A stretch of 64,000 nt of DNA, taken from positions 21,424 through 85,423 of the forward strand of contig JBLIEO010000002.1 of NCBI GenBank assembly GCA_047633095.1, given 5' to 3'. Of the stretch, positions 40,448-51,002 are shown one piece after another; positions within the stretch are counted from its first letter, which is position 1, and each line of letters opens with the position of its first letter. The translations under genes were made by a program, and so were the position numbers. The notes below the pieces were generated by a model. That model was not told where the DNA came from. It was given only the letters and a program-made list of their open reading frames with translations, and did no database searches. Source of the stretch: Maribacter sp. GTDB taxonomy: Bacteria; Bacteroidota; Bacteroidia; Flavobacteriales; Flavobacteriaceae.

Positions 40448-41148
40448 AAAAATCTCATAAGCAGGCAATGAGCCAAATTATAACGCATTTTCATTTTTTT
40501 AAAAAAAGAATTCGAACTTTTTTTCCCGGTTTCAGATGCATTGTTGTCATGTCTACGATAAAAAATCAGTGGTTCTTTAATGAAAAACGTCTTACCCTTT
40601 AGCTCTGCTGTCATCCCTATCCACGCATCGTGCATGTAAATATGGGAAGGAAATGGAAGGGCTTTGTTTAAAATCTCACGTTTAAAAGCCATCGTAGCCC
40701 CTATATAATTGTTCTTTATGAAATTTCTCAGCACCCCTGTTCGCGTGGTATTGTAATCGTACAGCAAATAAGACGCTTCGGTGTTTTTACTAAAAACAGA
40801 TGCATTTGAAAAAATAAGATCAAACTCTCCCATATAAAAAATCATTGTTGCCACTTTTTTAGGATACCATATATCGTCCTGATCAGCAAGAAAAATTATT
40901 TCACCTTTCGCTCTTTTTAAGCTATTTTCAAAATTCTTGATTATACTTCTTTTTTCCGAGTGATAGATACGGATTCTTTTATCTTGATAACCAGCTATAA
41001 TTGCTAAAGTTTCATCTGTAGAACCATCATCTGAAATAATAACCTCATCATTTTCCTCAAGCTGCAACAAAATAGAATCTAACTGCTCCTTTAAAAACGC
41101 CGCGCCATTATAAACAGCCATACATACCGAAACTTTTAACCTATACAT
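40444..41148 (-). CDS. GT2 glycosyltransferase (putative alpha-1,3-rhamnosyltransferase)
   Basis: SVCMAVYNG, DDGSTD, ADQDDIW, GATMAF, MHDAWI, YRRHDNN. Confidence 0.88.
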   Translation of the reverse strand: MYRLKVSVCMAVYNGAAFLKEQLDSILLQLEENDEVIISDDGSTDETLAIIAGYQDKRIRIYHSEKRSIIKNFENSLKRAKGEIIFLADQDDIWYPKKVATMIFYMGEFDLIFSNASVFSKNTEASYLLYDYNTTRTGVLRNFIKNNYIGATMAFKREILNKALPFPSHIYMHDAWIGMTAELKGKTFFIKEPLIFYRRHDNNASETGKKSSNSFFKKMKMRYNLAHCLLMRFL

Positions 41149-41275
41149 GATGAAATTTATCAACAACCATTTGTTATTTATTTATCTTAAAAAGATTTTA
41201 TAAAAATATATAATGCTACTTCGAACTAGGCAATTAAATTTTTTACTGAAAAATTTCTAGACCTAATATTTGATA

Positions 41276-42442
41276 CTATTGTGTTCTTATAACAAATTTC
41301 TTCCGCTCAAAAAAAGCAAAAATGATACAATAAGCTAGCTGAAAAGATATGCCTGTCACTACCAAAATATTGGCAAAAATATTCAATAAAATAATTACAG
41401 ATAGTATGGCCAAGGTTGTAATATGATAATTACTTCGCCTAGGAACTAAAAACATTATAATCACCAAGTATACGAATAAATTGAGTATAACAAGCAGATA
41501 GGGACCCAACCACCCTAAATAAGAGATTGACTTTGCATAGGTTGTACCTACGGTAAGCCAAGGTATCAGTCTTACTAAATCTCTTTGTGGGATTTGGAGT
41601 GAATTTCCGAAATTTTTAGAAATAATCTGTGGCAGATTTTCATAAAAAATGAAGCCAACAAAATCTTTATCAACCTTATTGGTTTTGTTAACCGTATTTT
41701 GGAAATTAGCCAAAGGAGAAGCCACATACAAGTAGGTCCAATAAAACTCTTTTGGAATGGAAGATTCCAAAAATTCATCGGTTGCTTTGCTTTGCTCATA
41801 AATATAGTCGCCACCAGATCTTAAATTACCTAAAACCCCGAACAAATAGAGTGCCACTACTCCCAAAGATAAAAGTTTAAGCAAGTTCAAAAACTTTAAT
41901 TTTTGGGAGTAGTGAAGATATATAAATACGGAAGTTAAAAGACCTAACATTAAAATACTCCTGCTTAAAAATAATAAGGCAGGTAAATATAAAAGCAAGT
42001 ATATTCTTAAGAGTATTTTGTTTTTAGTAGACAAATAGGTGGAAAAAGTATGTGCTATAAGGAAAGAATTGAAAGAAATTAATACGCCATGTAACAAGGG
42101 TATTCCAAATTCCATATAATGCACCCCTGCTTTCCCTAATAGTTTAGAAATTAAGGGGATATCCCCCTCAACAATAAATTCAAATAAATAAAGGGATAGA
42201 AGCACGAAGGCAGATGTAATAATCAGTCTTGATTTGGTCTGTGAAAAGGTTCTTTGAATTAATTTTAGATAACTTATAGCAATACCAAAACTGCCAAAAC
42301 ATAAAAAAGTGATGGTAAAGAAGATTACCATGGATGTACTTATATTAGGATAAAGACTGCTCCAATCCAATAAGTATACTAAAAACGATAGGGCAAAGCC
42401 AATTAAATAAATATATAATGGATTGCGTAATAATCTATACAT
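41276..42442 (-). CDS. wzy: Polysaccharide repeat-unit polymerase (Wzy-like)
   Basis: About 11 TM segments, GNLRS, YLYVASPLANF; position in the cluster. Confidence 0.7.
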   Translation of the reverse strand: MYRLLRNPLYIYLIGFALSFLVYLLDWSSLYPNISTSMVIFFTITFLCFGSFGIAISYLKLIQRTFSQTKSRLIITSAFVLLSLYLFEFIVEGDIPLISKLLGKAGVHYMEFGIPLLHGVLISFNSFLIAHTFSTYLSTKNKILLRIYLLLYLPALLFLSRSILMLGLLTSVFIYLHYSQKLKFLNLLKLLSLGVVALYLFGVLGNLRSGGDYIYEQSKATDEFLESSIPKEFYWTYLYVASPLANFQNTVNKTNKVDKDFVGFIFYENLPQIISKNFGNSLQIPQRDLVRLIPWLTVGTTYAKSISYLGWLGPYLLVILNLFVYLVIIMFLVPRRSNYHITTLAILSVIILLNIFANILVVTGISFQLAYCIIFAFFERKKFVIRTQ

Positions 42443-42453
42443 CTATAATTATA

Positions 42454-43866
42454 TTATACCACACCCTTGTCCTTGAGTATTTCGTTAAGTATGGACAGTT
42501 TTTTGTGTTTCTTCATTAAAAAGAAAATTAATATTCCCCAGACTGCGAACAAAAAGATACTAACAAAAGTGTTCTGTAAAGGAAGTGTTCTTTCAATCAC
42601 TATAAATATAAATGTAGTTAATACAATACTACCATTAGAAAATGTGAACAGTTCTATTTGCGGAAAATCCTTTTTTGAATACCACTGGTAGCCAACAAAC
42701 AATAACAAATGAACCACAACACTAATCCAGGCCGATCCTGCAATACCATAATAAGGTATCAATATAAAATTAAGGGTTATGCTAGAAATCATACTTAAAA
42801 ATACAACTTTAACCCTATTTACCTGATTATTCGATATCGTAAGTAGCGTACCATAGATAGAAGAACTGGTTCGCAATAGTATCACTATACTCAAAGGAAA
42901 GACCAGTGGATAAGCCTTAATATATTCCGAAGTATAAAGAATCTCTATTATTTCCTTGTAAAAGAAGGTGAAAAATAAAAACAACATACAACCCAGAACA
43001 AGTAGTAAATAAAGAATATTACCCGATAGTTTATCTATTGTCTGGTCTTTTGCATATTTAGATGAAAGGTAAGGTAAAAGAACGTTAGAGGCCACATCAG
43101 AAACTATAAGGAATATATATATAATTCTAAAAATAGATTGATACAAAGCAACATCTTCTGCACTAAGAAGCAAGGCGATAATTTGAGTATCTACAGTGAA
43201 ATAAAAGGTTCCAAAAATAAAATGTGCCCCATAAGACCAAGTGTATTTAAGCAAATGCCTTTGTATATTTAAACTAAACCATTTCTTAATGAATATCTCT
43301 TTACAAAATAGAATAGTAACGCTTAATTGAAACAGCCTAGCAACAATCATATAGGTGATAAACTCAACTGTAGTTAAGTGTCCTAGATAAACAAAATATA
43401 CCAGTATTGAAATAACAATAGCGTAGGCAAAAATAGTTAATGCAGCATCTTTAAACCTATTCTTAACCCTTAATACCGCCTGTAAATAAAGTATGTATGC
43501 ACTGATAATTGCAAATAGAACAAATAATTGTCCTATAATTAACCATTTCCCGGAATAAAAAATTAATAAGTAAATTAAAAATATCCCGCTAAAAATAACA
43601 ATTAGTCCTATTTTCTGGGCCATAGAATTTAGTATATACGCAGAAGAAGGAAATAACTTTTGAGGATAATCTTTCATAATCATTAAGGACTGACCAAAAT
43701 CCAAACAAGTGGCCAAAAGTGTAGAAAAAGAAAAACCAAACGTTAAAATACCAAAATCTTCTATGGTCATTATTTTGGCCAAAAGAATAAACACTATGCC
43801 ACCTGTATAAATCTGCAGGAAGGCAGCTATAGACTGCCACAAAATATTCTTGGATACCGTAGCCAT
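42454..43866 (-). CDS. wzx: Oligosaccharide flippase
   Basis: 12-14 TM segments, DFGQ, LLPYLS, LNFILIPYYGIAGSA. Confidence 0.85.
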   Translation of the reverse strand: MATVSKNILWQSIAAFLQIYTGGIVFILLAKIMTIEDFGILTFGFSFSTLLATCLDFGQSLMIMKDYPQKLFPSSAYILNSMAQKIGLIVIFSGIFLIYLLIFYSGKWLIIGQLFVLFAIISAYILYLQAVLRVKNRFKDAALTIFAYAIVISILVYFVYLGHLTTVEFITYMIVARLFQLSVTILFCKEIFIKKWFSLNIQRHLLKYTWSYGAHFIFGTFYFTVDTQIIALLLSAEDVALYQSIFRIIYIFLIVSDVASNVLLPYLSSKYAKDQTIDKLSGNILYLLLVLGCMLFLFFTFFYKEIIEILYTSEYIKAYPLVFPLSIVILLRTSSSIYGTLLTISNNQVNRVKVVFLSMISSITLNFILIPYYGIAGSAWISVVVHLLLFVGYQWYSKKDFPQIELFTFSNGSIVLTTFIFIVIERTLPLQNTFVSIFLFAVWGILIFFLMKKHKKLSILNEILKDKGVV

Positions 43867-43870
43867 TTAA

Positions 43871-44788
43871 TTAATCTATTTGCGATGTTCCCTCTAAGCC
43901 AGCCACTATATTCTGCGCTATATTTAAATCATTCATCCAATTTTTAACAATAAGTGTTTTCCAAGGTCCCGTATTAAATCCTTTTGCATCCAAATCATTC
44001 TCCCAAAGCCAACGTGGCGTGGGCCACAATGCTATTTCTGCATTAACTGCGGCATAAAAATCTTTTGAAACCCCATCTTGGCCGTGATGCGCCATTTGTA
44101 CGTGAGTAGACCTAAGGGTTGATAAATCGTTATTTATCAAAACTTTATCTCCTCCCTCAACACCTAAATCACCAGTAAACAATACTGTCTTAGATTTACT
44201 TGCAATTTGAAAAACAAGCGATGAATTATTAACTAAATTAGCGACAATACCGGGATTTCTAACCCCTAAAACTTTCATTACAACTCCTTCTCCTAAATCA
44301 ATATTCTCTCCGTTTGTTACATCCAAAAGCGGTACGCCAGAAGTATACAAAACACTATAAAAATCTTTAACGTATTCATAAGACCCTGATTCATGCTTTT
44401 TTATCACTTCCAAATCGATCCTTGTATGAACTATACTTTGAATTTGAATGTTTGATGTATTAGATAGAACTTGGTTCAATACGCCTGCATGATCTTTATG
44501 GGGGTGGGTTAAAATCCAATAATGAACAGTTCCACCAAGCTGTACAATATAATCGTTTACCAAAGTTGAACTCTCTTTATAGCCGCCGTCAACAACGATT
44601 ACTTTATTATCATCCGTCCTTAGAATATACCCCATCTGAGAGATTCCATTAAACTGTTCTAACTGCCAAAGGGTAAAATCATTTGTTCTATGAGGAAACG
44701 ACTTTATAGCCAGTGTATAGGGCCCGTCCTTACTACAACTTCCAAAAAATAATACTATAATTGAAATAAGATAGAATTTAATTTTCAT
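43871..44788 (-). CDS. Metallo-beta-lactamase-fold hydrolase lipoprotein (ComEC/Pce-like)
   Basis: Lipobox FGSC, VDGG, THPHKDHAG, NNSS, FTGD, AHHG. Confidence 0.82.
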   Translation of the reverse strand: MKIKFYLISIIVLFFGSCSKDGPYTLAIKSFPHRTNDFTLWQLEQFNGISQMGYILRTDDNKVIVVDGGYKESSTLVNDYIVQLGGTVHYWILTHPHKDHAGVLNQVLSNTSNIQIQSIVHTRIDLEVIKKHESGSYEYVKDFYSVLYTSGVPLLDVTNGENIDLGEGVVMKVLGVRNPGIVANLVNNSSLVFQIASKSKTVLFTGDLGVEGGDKVLINNDLSTLRSTHVQMAHHGQDGVSKDFYAAVNAEIALWPTPRWLWENDLDAKGFNTGPWKTLIVKNWMNDLNIAQNIVAGLEGTSQID

Positions 44789-44796
44789 TGCGAATT

Positions 44797-45984
44797 TTAA
44801 AGGTCAATTACAGCATTCATAACCCTTTTAGAATTATTGGCATCATGATATTTATTATATACTACATTTTTTTGTTTCACCAATTCCGTATTTTTCTCGT
44901 CGTCCCATATATGCTTAAGATGAAAAAGTATATCATTCCAGTTTTTGGCCATTGGCCCTGAAATGGCTTTCTCATATTCAAAATATAGCTCCCTAGATTT
45001 TGACATGTAATCTTCTAAATCAAAAGCTGCAAAAATTATCGGTCTTTCCGTCAATAAAAAATCAAAAAAAGCACTAGAATAGTCCGTAATCAAGGCATCC
45101 GCATCTTTTAACATAAAGTTTATATCGGAAGTAATATCACTGTCCTTCAAATGTATTATTCTAGAGTTTTGACTTGACTGCGACTGTCTTTTATTTGATT
45201 CTACATAATGTCCTTTATTTATCAAAACAATATTCTCATTTTGAAGAAATTCTTCAACTATATCATTTTCAAAATCAGGTTGTGTGAATATGTTTTCGGG
45301 GTTTTCACTGTTTCTAAAGGTTGGGAGATAATATACCAATCTGGCTCCTGGGAATTTTGTTAACAGACCCAAATTATAATGATCTTTCTCTGCTTGATAA
45401 AACACATCATTTCTAGGACATCCGGTTTCTAATATCTGCTCAATAGTTAAGTCATACGATGATTGCATTAAAGGGGTAAAAACCTTACTGTTGGAAACCA
45501 TATAGCTATAGTTAAACTCATAAATCATCGGAAAAATATACCTAATTATTTTGCTATATAAAAATCCGTTTACTGCTGAATAGTGATCATCGAGGCCAAT
45601 TTTCTTTAATGGATTTCCATGCCAAAGATGAGTTAAAACAGCTCCATTGACAAAAAGAAAGTTTACATCTTTCTTTTCACAACTAACAAAAATATATTTT
45701 GCTTTTAAGCTATAGTAGACTCCCTTAAAACTATTAGTAAAGTAACATTCTTGACGTTCTTCTCTTAACTTTCTTAAGATTTTGGTGTTTTTTGTAAGCC
45801 AAATAGCTCTAATTTCATCTCCACTTTTACTAACATGTTCAAAAAGATACTTGCTATTATCCGAGAATCTCCGGCCGTTCCACGCTCCAAAAACCCAAAT
45901 ATTCTTTCTTCTTTTTAACAATTTCTGCAGGTGCCAAAAAGGTAAAAAGAAAGTTAAAGCAACATATTTAAAAAGTTTACTCAT
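44797..45984 (-). CDS. CDP-glycerol/ribitol polyol-phosphotransferase (TagF/TagB family)
   Basis: DNSKYLF, HLWHGNPLKKIG, TGCPRND, YLPTFR, LITDYSS. ATG at 45984 is coupled to the upstream stop (track starts at 46113). Confidence 0.9.
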   Translation of the reverse strand: MSKLFKYVALTFFLPFWHLQKLLKRRKNIWVFGAWNGRRFSDNSKYLFEHVSKSGDEIRAIWLTKNTKILRKLREERQECYFTNSFKGVYYSLKAKYIFVSCEKKDVNFLFVNGAVLTHLWHGNPLKKIGLDDHYSAVNGFLYSKIIRYIFPMIYEFNYSYMVSNSKVFTPLMQSSYDLTIEQILETGCPRNDVFYQAEKDHYNLGLLTKFPGARLVYYLPTFRNSENPENIFTQPDFENDIVEEFLQNENIVLINKGHYVESNKRQSQSSQNSRIIHLKDSDITSDINFMLKDADALITDYSSAFFDFLLTERPIIFAAFDLEDYMSKSRELYFEYEKAISGPMAKNWNDILFHLKHIWDDEKNTELVKQKNVVYNKYHDANNSKRVMNAVIDL

Positions 45985-46705
45985 TTTGTTGTTTACCAAA
46001 TAATTTTTTCGCTTTTTGATAATCCTCTTCAAAATCGACCTCCACAAATTTATGTTCCAAAATGTCCATAACCTTAATATCAATTTTCGTTTCCGATATT
46101 GCACTTTGAACAACTGCCTCCATGTAATGGTTCAAATTTCCTCCCTTAAAAAGGTCTTTCGCTTTGCTTTTAAAATAAGGTACTGTTTCTTTACTAAATT
46201 TAGCTATACCTAAAAATTCACCTTGGGCGTCTTCCGAAGGTATTTCTTTAGATATTTCCAAAAGAATGTTCTGTTTGTTAAGCCGCACCTTCATTTCTTC
46301 TTCGCCACAGGCCTTTTTTTCATAAGGAAGTACCATTTGTCCCTTTTCTTTGGTTAACATATTCCAAATTTCGAGATCAGCCAAAGTATCTGCGTGTAAA
46401 AAAAGAAAGTCCTGTTCTATATGGTCCAAAACCATATATAGAGATCCCAGAACATTACAGGCATCCCAAAATGGATTGTAAATAATCTCTATTTTAGAAT
46501 TATCCTTAGTGTGATTTTCCATCATCTGGCTGTTAAAACCAGTAACGAGTAGTATTTTATCTATTCCTAATTTGTTAAGAACATCAAGATTGTAATCTAA
46601 AAGAGTGATTCCGGAATCATTCAGAGGAAGTAAGCTTTTTGGTAAATCGGTCGTGTAATCTCCCAATCTGCTGCCTTTTCCTGCGGCCATTATTACTGCT
46701 ATCAT
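45977..46705 (-). CDS. LicC-like nucleotidyltransferase (cytidylyltransferase)
   Basis: MAAGKGSRL, PKSLL, EEEMKV, GEFLGIAKF, EVDFEED. Confidence 0.85.
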   Translation of the reverse strand: MIAVIMAAGKGSRLGDYTTDLPKSLLPLNDSGITLLDYNLDVLNKLGIDKILLVTGFNSQMMENHTKDNSKIEIIYNPFWDACNVLGSLYMVLDHIEQDFLFLHADTLADLEIWNMLTKEKGQMVLPYEKKACGEEEMKVRLNKQNILLEISKEIPSEDAQGEFLGIAKFSKETVPYFKSKAKDLFKGGNLNHYMEAVVQSAISETKIDIKVMDILEHKFVEVDFEEDYQKAKKLFGKQQNE

Positions 46706-47796
46706 TATAATGCTAATTTTAAAATTTTATGAATACTATCTAAGTCTTTATAAGATGGGTCTGCCTGTACATTGCCCGAAATCATTGAAACAATTTTGGG
46801 TAAATCATTCTCTGCCAAACCTAATTTTGTAATGCCATAATTAATTCCTAAATCGTTTTTTAATTTTTCGACTTTTTGCAAAAACTCTTCTACAGATATG
46901 TTTAGGTCATTAGACAGTTCTGACAGTTCTGAAACCTTTTCTATCTGTAAATTTTTTAACCAACCTTTATATATGGCAATTAATCCTTGTGCGTGGCTCG
47001 TTCCTGTCATCGGTCCAATTACATACTGTATTCTATGTGGCAAACAAGTAGAGCTATAAGCTAAGTTAATTCCCATCAACGTAGATACTATCGCTACTTT
47101 CTCCATATCATTTAAAGTATTCTTACTGCAAGCTGGAACTAAATGTTCAAAAATAGTTTTTATACAATTTATAGATTGTACTCTTACAAGAGGGCTGCTC
47201 TTTTTAGAAATATATGTTTCAATGGCATGGGTTAAACAATCAAAACCAACTTCAGCCTTTAAATGCTCTGGACAACCGTTGTGTAAATTCGCATCTATTA
47301 TAACATAGTCTGGCTGTACTATTTCTCCTCTGACACCACCCTTTTTACCATTTTTCTTGTCATATAATATAGCTCCAAATGATAGTTCTGCTCCAGTTCC
47401 AGCTGTTGTTGGAACAGCTAATAATGGTATTTTACTATTGGGCACCTCAACCTTTCCATAAAAGATATCCTTATAACTTATATCCCCAAATGAAATAGAG
47501 AGTGCCTTAGCCGCATCTATAGTTGAGCCTCCTCCAATGGCTATAATACTTGTAAGCTCAATACCCTTTAATCCTTCTAGAACTGTATCTAAATCCTCAA
47601 AAGGTGCATCTGGGCTTATATGATCAAATACATGTAGATTGACCTCCTTTCTAAGCTCTTCAAATATTTTATCTAATCCATAATTTTTACTTACAGTTTT
47701 AGATGTAATGACCAAAACTTCATGGCCAATTGGGAATTTTTTAATCTCCTCCGTGCTAATTCTTGCTACTGAAATTATAGGTTTTATTCGATACAT
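46705..47796 (-). CDS. Iron-containing alcohol dehydrogenase
   Basis: GGGSTIDAAK, PTTAGTGAE, DCLTHAIE, H...SHAQG metal ligands. Confidence 0.92.
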   Translation of the reverse strand: MYRIKPIISVARISTEEIKKFPIGHEVLVITSKTVSKNYGLDKIFEELRKEVNLHVFDHISPDAPFEDLDTVLEGLKGIELTSIIAIGGGSTIDAAKALSISFGDISYKDIFYGKVEVPNSKIPLLAVPTTAGTGAELSFGAILYDKKNGKKGGVRGEIVQPDYVIIDANLHNGCPEHLKAEVGFDCLTHAIETYISKKSSPLVRVQSINCIKTIFEHLVPACSKNTLNDMEKVAIVSTLMGINLAYSSTCLPHRIQYVIGPMTGTSHAQGLIAIYKGWLKNLQIEKVSELSELSNDLNISVEEFLQKVEKLKNDLGINYGITKLGLAENDLPKIVSMISGNVQADPSYKDLDSIHKILKLAL

Positions 47797-49313
47797 TATA
47801 GGTTGCTTATAGTTTCCGATGAAAAAGACTGTACACGATCTCTGATTTTTAGATGCTCATTGTATAGAGGTAACAACTGATCATTCAAGCTCTTATAAAA
47901 TTCAAAAAACTCCTTATATATGACATGGTTTGCTTCCGAGGGATTAATAATTTTCCGAACCCTAATAATTTTAGAAGCAGCTTCTTCTACTGAATTAAAT
48001 TTATTTAAACTTAACAATAGTAAAATGAAAGCTCCTACCGCAGTACTTTCAAAATTTTCAATTACTTTAATTCTTTTATTCGTTACATCTGCCTTAATCT
48101 GATTAATAAGATCAAACCTTGCAAGGCCGCCACTTACTGATAAGGAGTCTACCTCTACCCCATTTTTGAGTATAAGCTGCAAAAGGTCGTTCGATACATA
48201 GGCAGTTGATTCAAAAACTGCTCTAGAAAATTCCTTTATAGTACTTGCTCTATCCACTCCAAAGAAAGTGCCTCTTGCATTAGGGCTTTTAAAAGGCGCT
48301 CGTTCTCCTAACATATACGGCAAGAAAACAATACCATGTGCACCCATAGATATTTGATGTGCATTATTTTCCATTATATAATAAACATTCTTATCATTTT
48401 CATCGTAAAATGCCTGTTTTAACCATTCTATTATACCGCCACCCAAGTTATTTGACGCACCTATTAAATAATTATCGTGGTTGCCTAATTTTTGTGATAG
48501 TATAGGTCCAGACTTATTAGCCAATCCTGTTTTTGTTAATACACGAACAGAAGTTACAGTTCCAGAAACATCGCAAGCTGTTTTAGAATCACCATCAAAA
48601 GACCCTATTACAGCGCAAATTGCATCATATGTTGTTAGCACATACTTACATTCTTTCTTAAAGCCATAGGCATCCATAACTCGTTTGGATAGGCCAAGAG
48701 AAAAGCCAATGTTCTGTACTTTAGGCAAAGTAGCTTCAGATAAATCTAATTCCGAAAGTACTTCTTGCAAGTAACTATCGTTGTGATATAGGCCTTTACT
48801 AGCGTTCAAAGTATCTGTAAACACTTCTCGGGTAAAATAGTAGTTTAAAAACTCACCTGCGCCCATCCAATGATCAACTTTTTCAAACACATCTGGCTTG
48901 TTTTTTTTAAACCATAATGCCTTTGGAACTATTGAAGATGCTGGACACTTTAAATTAATATCTGGTTGATTTTTCTTAACTAGTCCTTCAACAAAATCGG
49001 CTTCCTCATTTGCCCTTTTATCCGATACCATCATTACTTTAGTAAGTGGTTTTCCACTGGAGTCCATTCCATAAACGCAAGAAGAACTTGTGGTAGATGT
49101 AATATATTCAATTTTGTCCTTTAAATAGTCAATAGACGCAATTTCATCTAAGATAGCTTCCAATTTTGACTGCCACTCCGCAGCATCTTGCTCCACCCTA
49201 TTATGAAAAAGTTGCGAAAATACAGGTTTAGAAGTTACATATACCTGCATACCCTCTTCATTGAAAACAATTCCTCTAATTGATTTTAATCCTAAGTTTA
49301 TTATTAAATACAT
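47796..49313 (-). CDS. FGGY family carbohydrate kinase (xylulokinase-like)
   Basis: VEQD, DKRA, PKALW, SGT, LPYMLGERAP, SGGLAR, QIKADV. Confidence 0.9.
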   Translation of the reverse strand: MYLIINLGLKSIRGIVFNEEGMQVYVTSKPVFSQLFHNRVEQDAAEWQSKLEAILDEIASIDYLKDKIEYITSTTSSSCVYGMDSSGKPLTKVMMVSDKRANEEADFVEGLVKKNQPDINLKCPASSIVPKALWFKKNKPDVFEKVDHWMGAGEFLNYYFTREVFTDTLNASKGLYHNDSYLQEVLSELDLSEATLPKVQNIGFSLGLSKRVMDAYGFKKECKYVLTTYDAICAVIGSFDGDSKTACDVSGTVTSVRVLTKTGLANKSGPILSQKLGNHDNYLIGASNNLGGGIIEWLKQAFYDENDKNVYYIMENNAHQISMGAHGIVFLPYMLGERAPFKSPNARGTFFGVDRASTIKEFSRAVFESTAYVSNDLLQLILKNGVEVDSLSVSGGLARFDLINQIKADVTNKRIKVIENFESTAVGAFILLLLSLNKFNSVEEAASKIIRVRKIINPSEANHVIYKEFFEFYKSLNDQLLPLYNEHLKIRDRVQSFSSETISNL

Positions 49314-49318
49314 ATGAC

Positions 49319-50149
49319 TTATAGTGTGTATTGACGTAAATAGTTTTCAAATAATTCGGACAGGCCTTCAACCATATTTTGATGATAAGAAATTTCATTG
49401 AACAGCTCATTGTTTTTCGCATATTCCTTTAAGATATCCATTGTTTGTTTTTTCAACTGTGTGGATATATTAATTTTAACTACACCCAAAGAAATAGCTT
49501 CTTTAATTACCTGTTCGGGCAGTCCTGTTCCACCATGAAGTACGAATAGTTGGTTAGGGTTAAGTTTTTCACTTGCTTCTCTAAGTATCGAAATATCAAT
49601 ACCATCAAGGTTTTCATAAAACCCGTGAGCATTGCCAATACCTAGTGCCATTAAATCAATTTTAGTTTCTTTCACATACCTAACTATCTCCATTATTTCA
49701 GCGTAGGAAGATCCTTCATCCCCAAAACCATCTTCTACTCCAGAAACTATACCTAATTCTCCTTCAACCAAACATTCAGATTTTTCAGCATAGCGCTTTA
49801 TGATCAAAGTGTTTTTAATATTTTCCTCTATTTCAAAGGCAGACCCATCATACATTACAGAATCGAATCCTGAATCTATACAGAATTTAATAAAATCTAA
49901 ATCTATACAATGATCTAGATGAAAATAAGTGTATTCGGTTTGGTATTTTTCAATGATATACTCTACAGTATATTTTTTTTCTAGAAACCGCAGAAACCGT
50001 TCTGAAAACTGAATTATTACAGGGGTTTTCAAATCATTGGCGACCTGAACACAGGCTTCCAATTGGTGAAAATTCTGCAAGTTAAAGGCAAAAGTTGATT
50101 TCTTCTTCTTCCGTAATTCGTTAAGTGCTGCTTTTAGTTGTATTTTCAA
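49319..50149 (-). CDS. Class II fructose/tagatose-bisphosphate aldolase family
   Basis: AFN, HLDH, SVMYDGS, EGELG, GNAHG, LHGGTG, KINIST. Confidence 0.92.
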   Translation of the reverse strand: MKIQLKAALNELRKKKKSTFAFNLQNFHQLEACVQVANDLKTPVIIQFSERFLRFLEKKYTVEYIIEKYQTEYTYFHLDHCIDLDFIKFCIDSGFDSVMYDGSAFEIEENIKNTLIIKRYAEKSECLVEGELGIVSGVEDGFGDEGSSYAEIMEIVRYVKETKIDLMALGIGNAHGFYENLDGIDISILREASEKLNPNQLFVLHGGTGLPEQVIKEAISLGVVKINISTQLKKQTMDILKEYAKNNELFNEISYHQNMVEGLSELFENYLRQYTL

Positions 50150-51002
50150 TTTGAACGTTTTTTATACATTTTTCAAGACTATCTCTCCAGTATGGAATTT
50201 CTAACTCCATATAATTTTTTATTTTACTTTTATCCAAAACACTAAAATTTGGTCTTTTCGCAGGCGTAGGATATGCTTCTGTTTTAATCGGTGATAAGTC
50301 TATTTTAGTATTACTAATATCAAAAATAGCTTTTGCGAAATCATACCAACTGGCTACTCCTTCATTACTATAGTGATATGTACCAAACCTAGGTTTTTCT
50401 TTACCAACAATAGCAACAATTACCTTAGCTAAATCACCTGCGTAAGTAGGCGTGCCAATTTGATTTACGACCACTCCTAGGCTATCTTTCTCTGCGCCTA
50501 ATCTGAGCATCGTTTTTAAAAAATTCTGGCCATGTTCAGAATATAACCAAGATGTTCTTAGTATAAAATGTTCTTTTAAACTTTCAGCAATTGCAATTTC
50601 GCCTTGAAGCTTGGTTAACCCGTAAATACTAAGTGGATTTTCTTTATCCTCTTCAGTATAAAAGTTCGTCTGTAAGCCGTCAAAAACAAAATCCGTTGAA
50701 ATATGAATTAATACTGATTGGTTTGATTTACATGCGTTTGCCAGATTCCTTGCTCCCAATACATTTACTTTCTCTGCTATATCTTTATTTGTTTCTGCAT
50801 TATCTACCGCAGTATAAGCTGCGCAGTTAATACAATAAGAAATTTCATTGTTTATAAAGAAGGTGTTAACTGCGTTTAAATCGGTTATATCCAGTTGATC
50901 TACATCAACATAAATAAAATTTAAATCATTAATATCCTTAGTTATGTCTTTAATACAAGTAGCTAATTGCCCCTTACCTCCTGTCACAAGTATGTTTTTC
51001 AT
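50121..51002 (-). CDS. rfbD: dTDP-4-dehydrorhamnose reductase
   Basis: GGKGQL, CAAYTAVD, ISTDFVFDG, YGLTK, QIGTPT. Confidence 0.96.
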   Translation of the reverse strand: MKNILVTGGKGQLATCIKDITKDINDLNFIYVDVDQLDITDLNAVNTFFINNEISYCINCAAYTAVDNAETNKDIAEKVNVLGARNLANACKSNQSVLIHISTDFVFDGLQTNFYTEEDKENPLSIYGLTKLQGEIAIAESLKEHFILRTSWLYSEHGQNFLKTMLRLGAEKDSLGVVVNQIGTPTYAGDLAKVIVAIVGKEKPRFGTYHYSNEGVASWYDFAKAIFDISNTKIDLSPIKTEAYPTPAKRPNFSVLDKSKIKNYMELEIPYWRDSLEKCIKNVQIENTTKSST

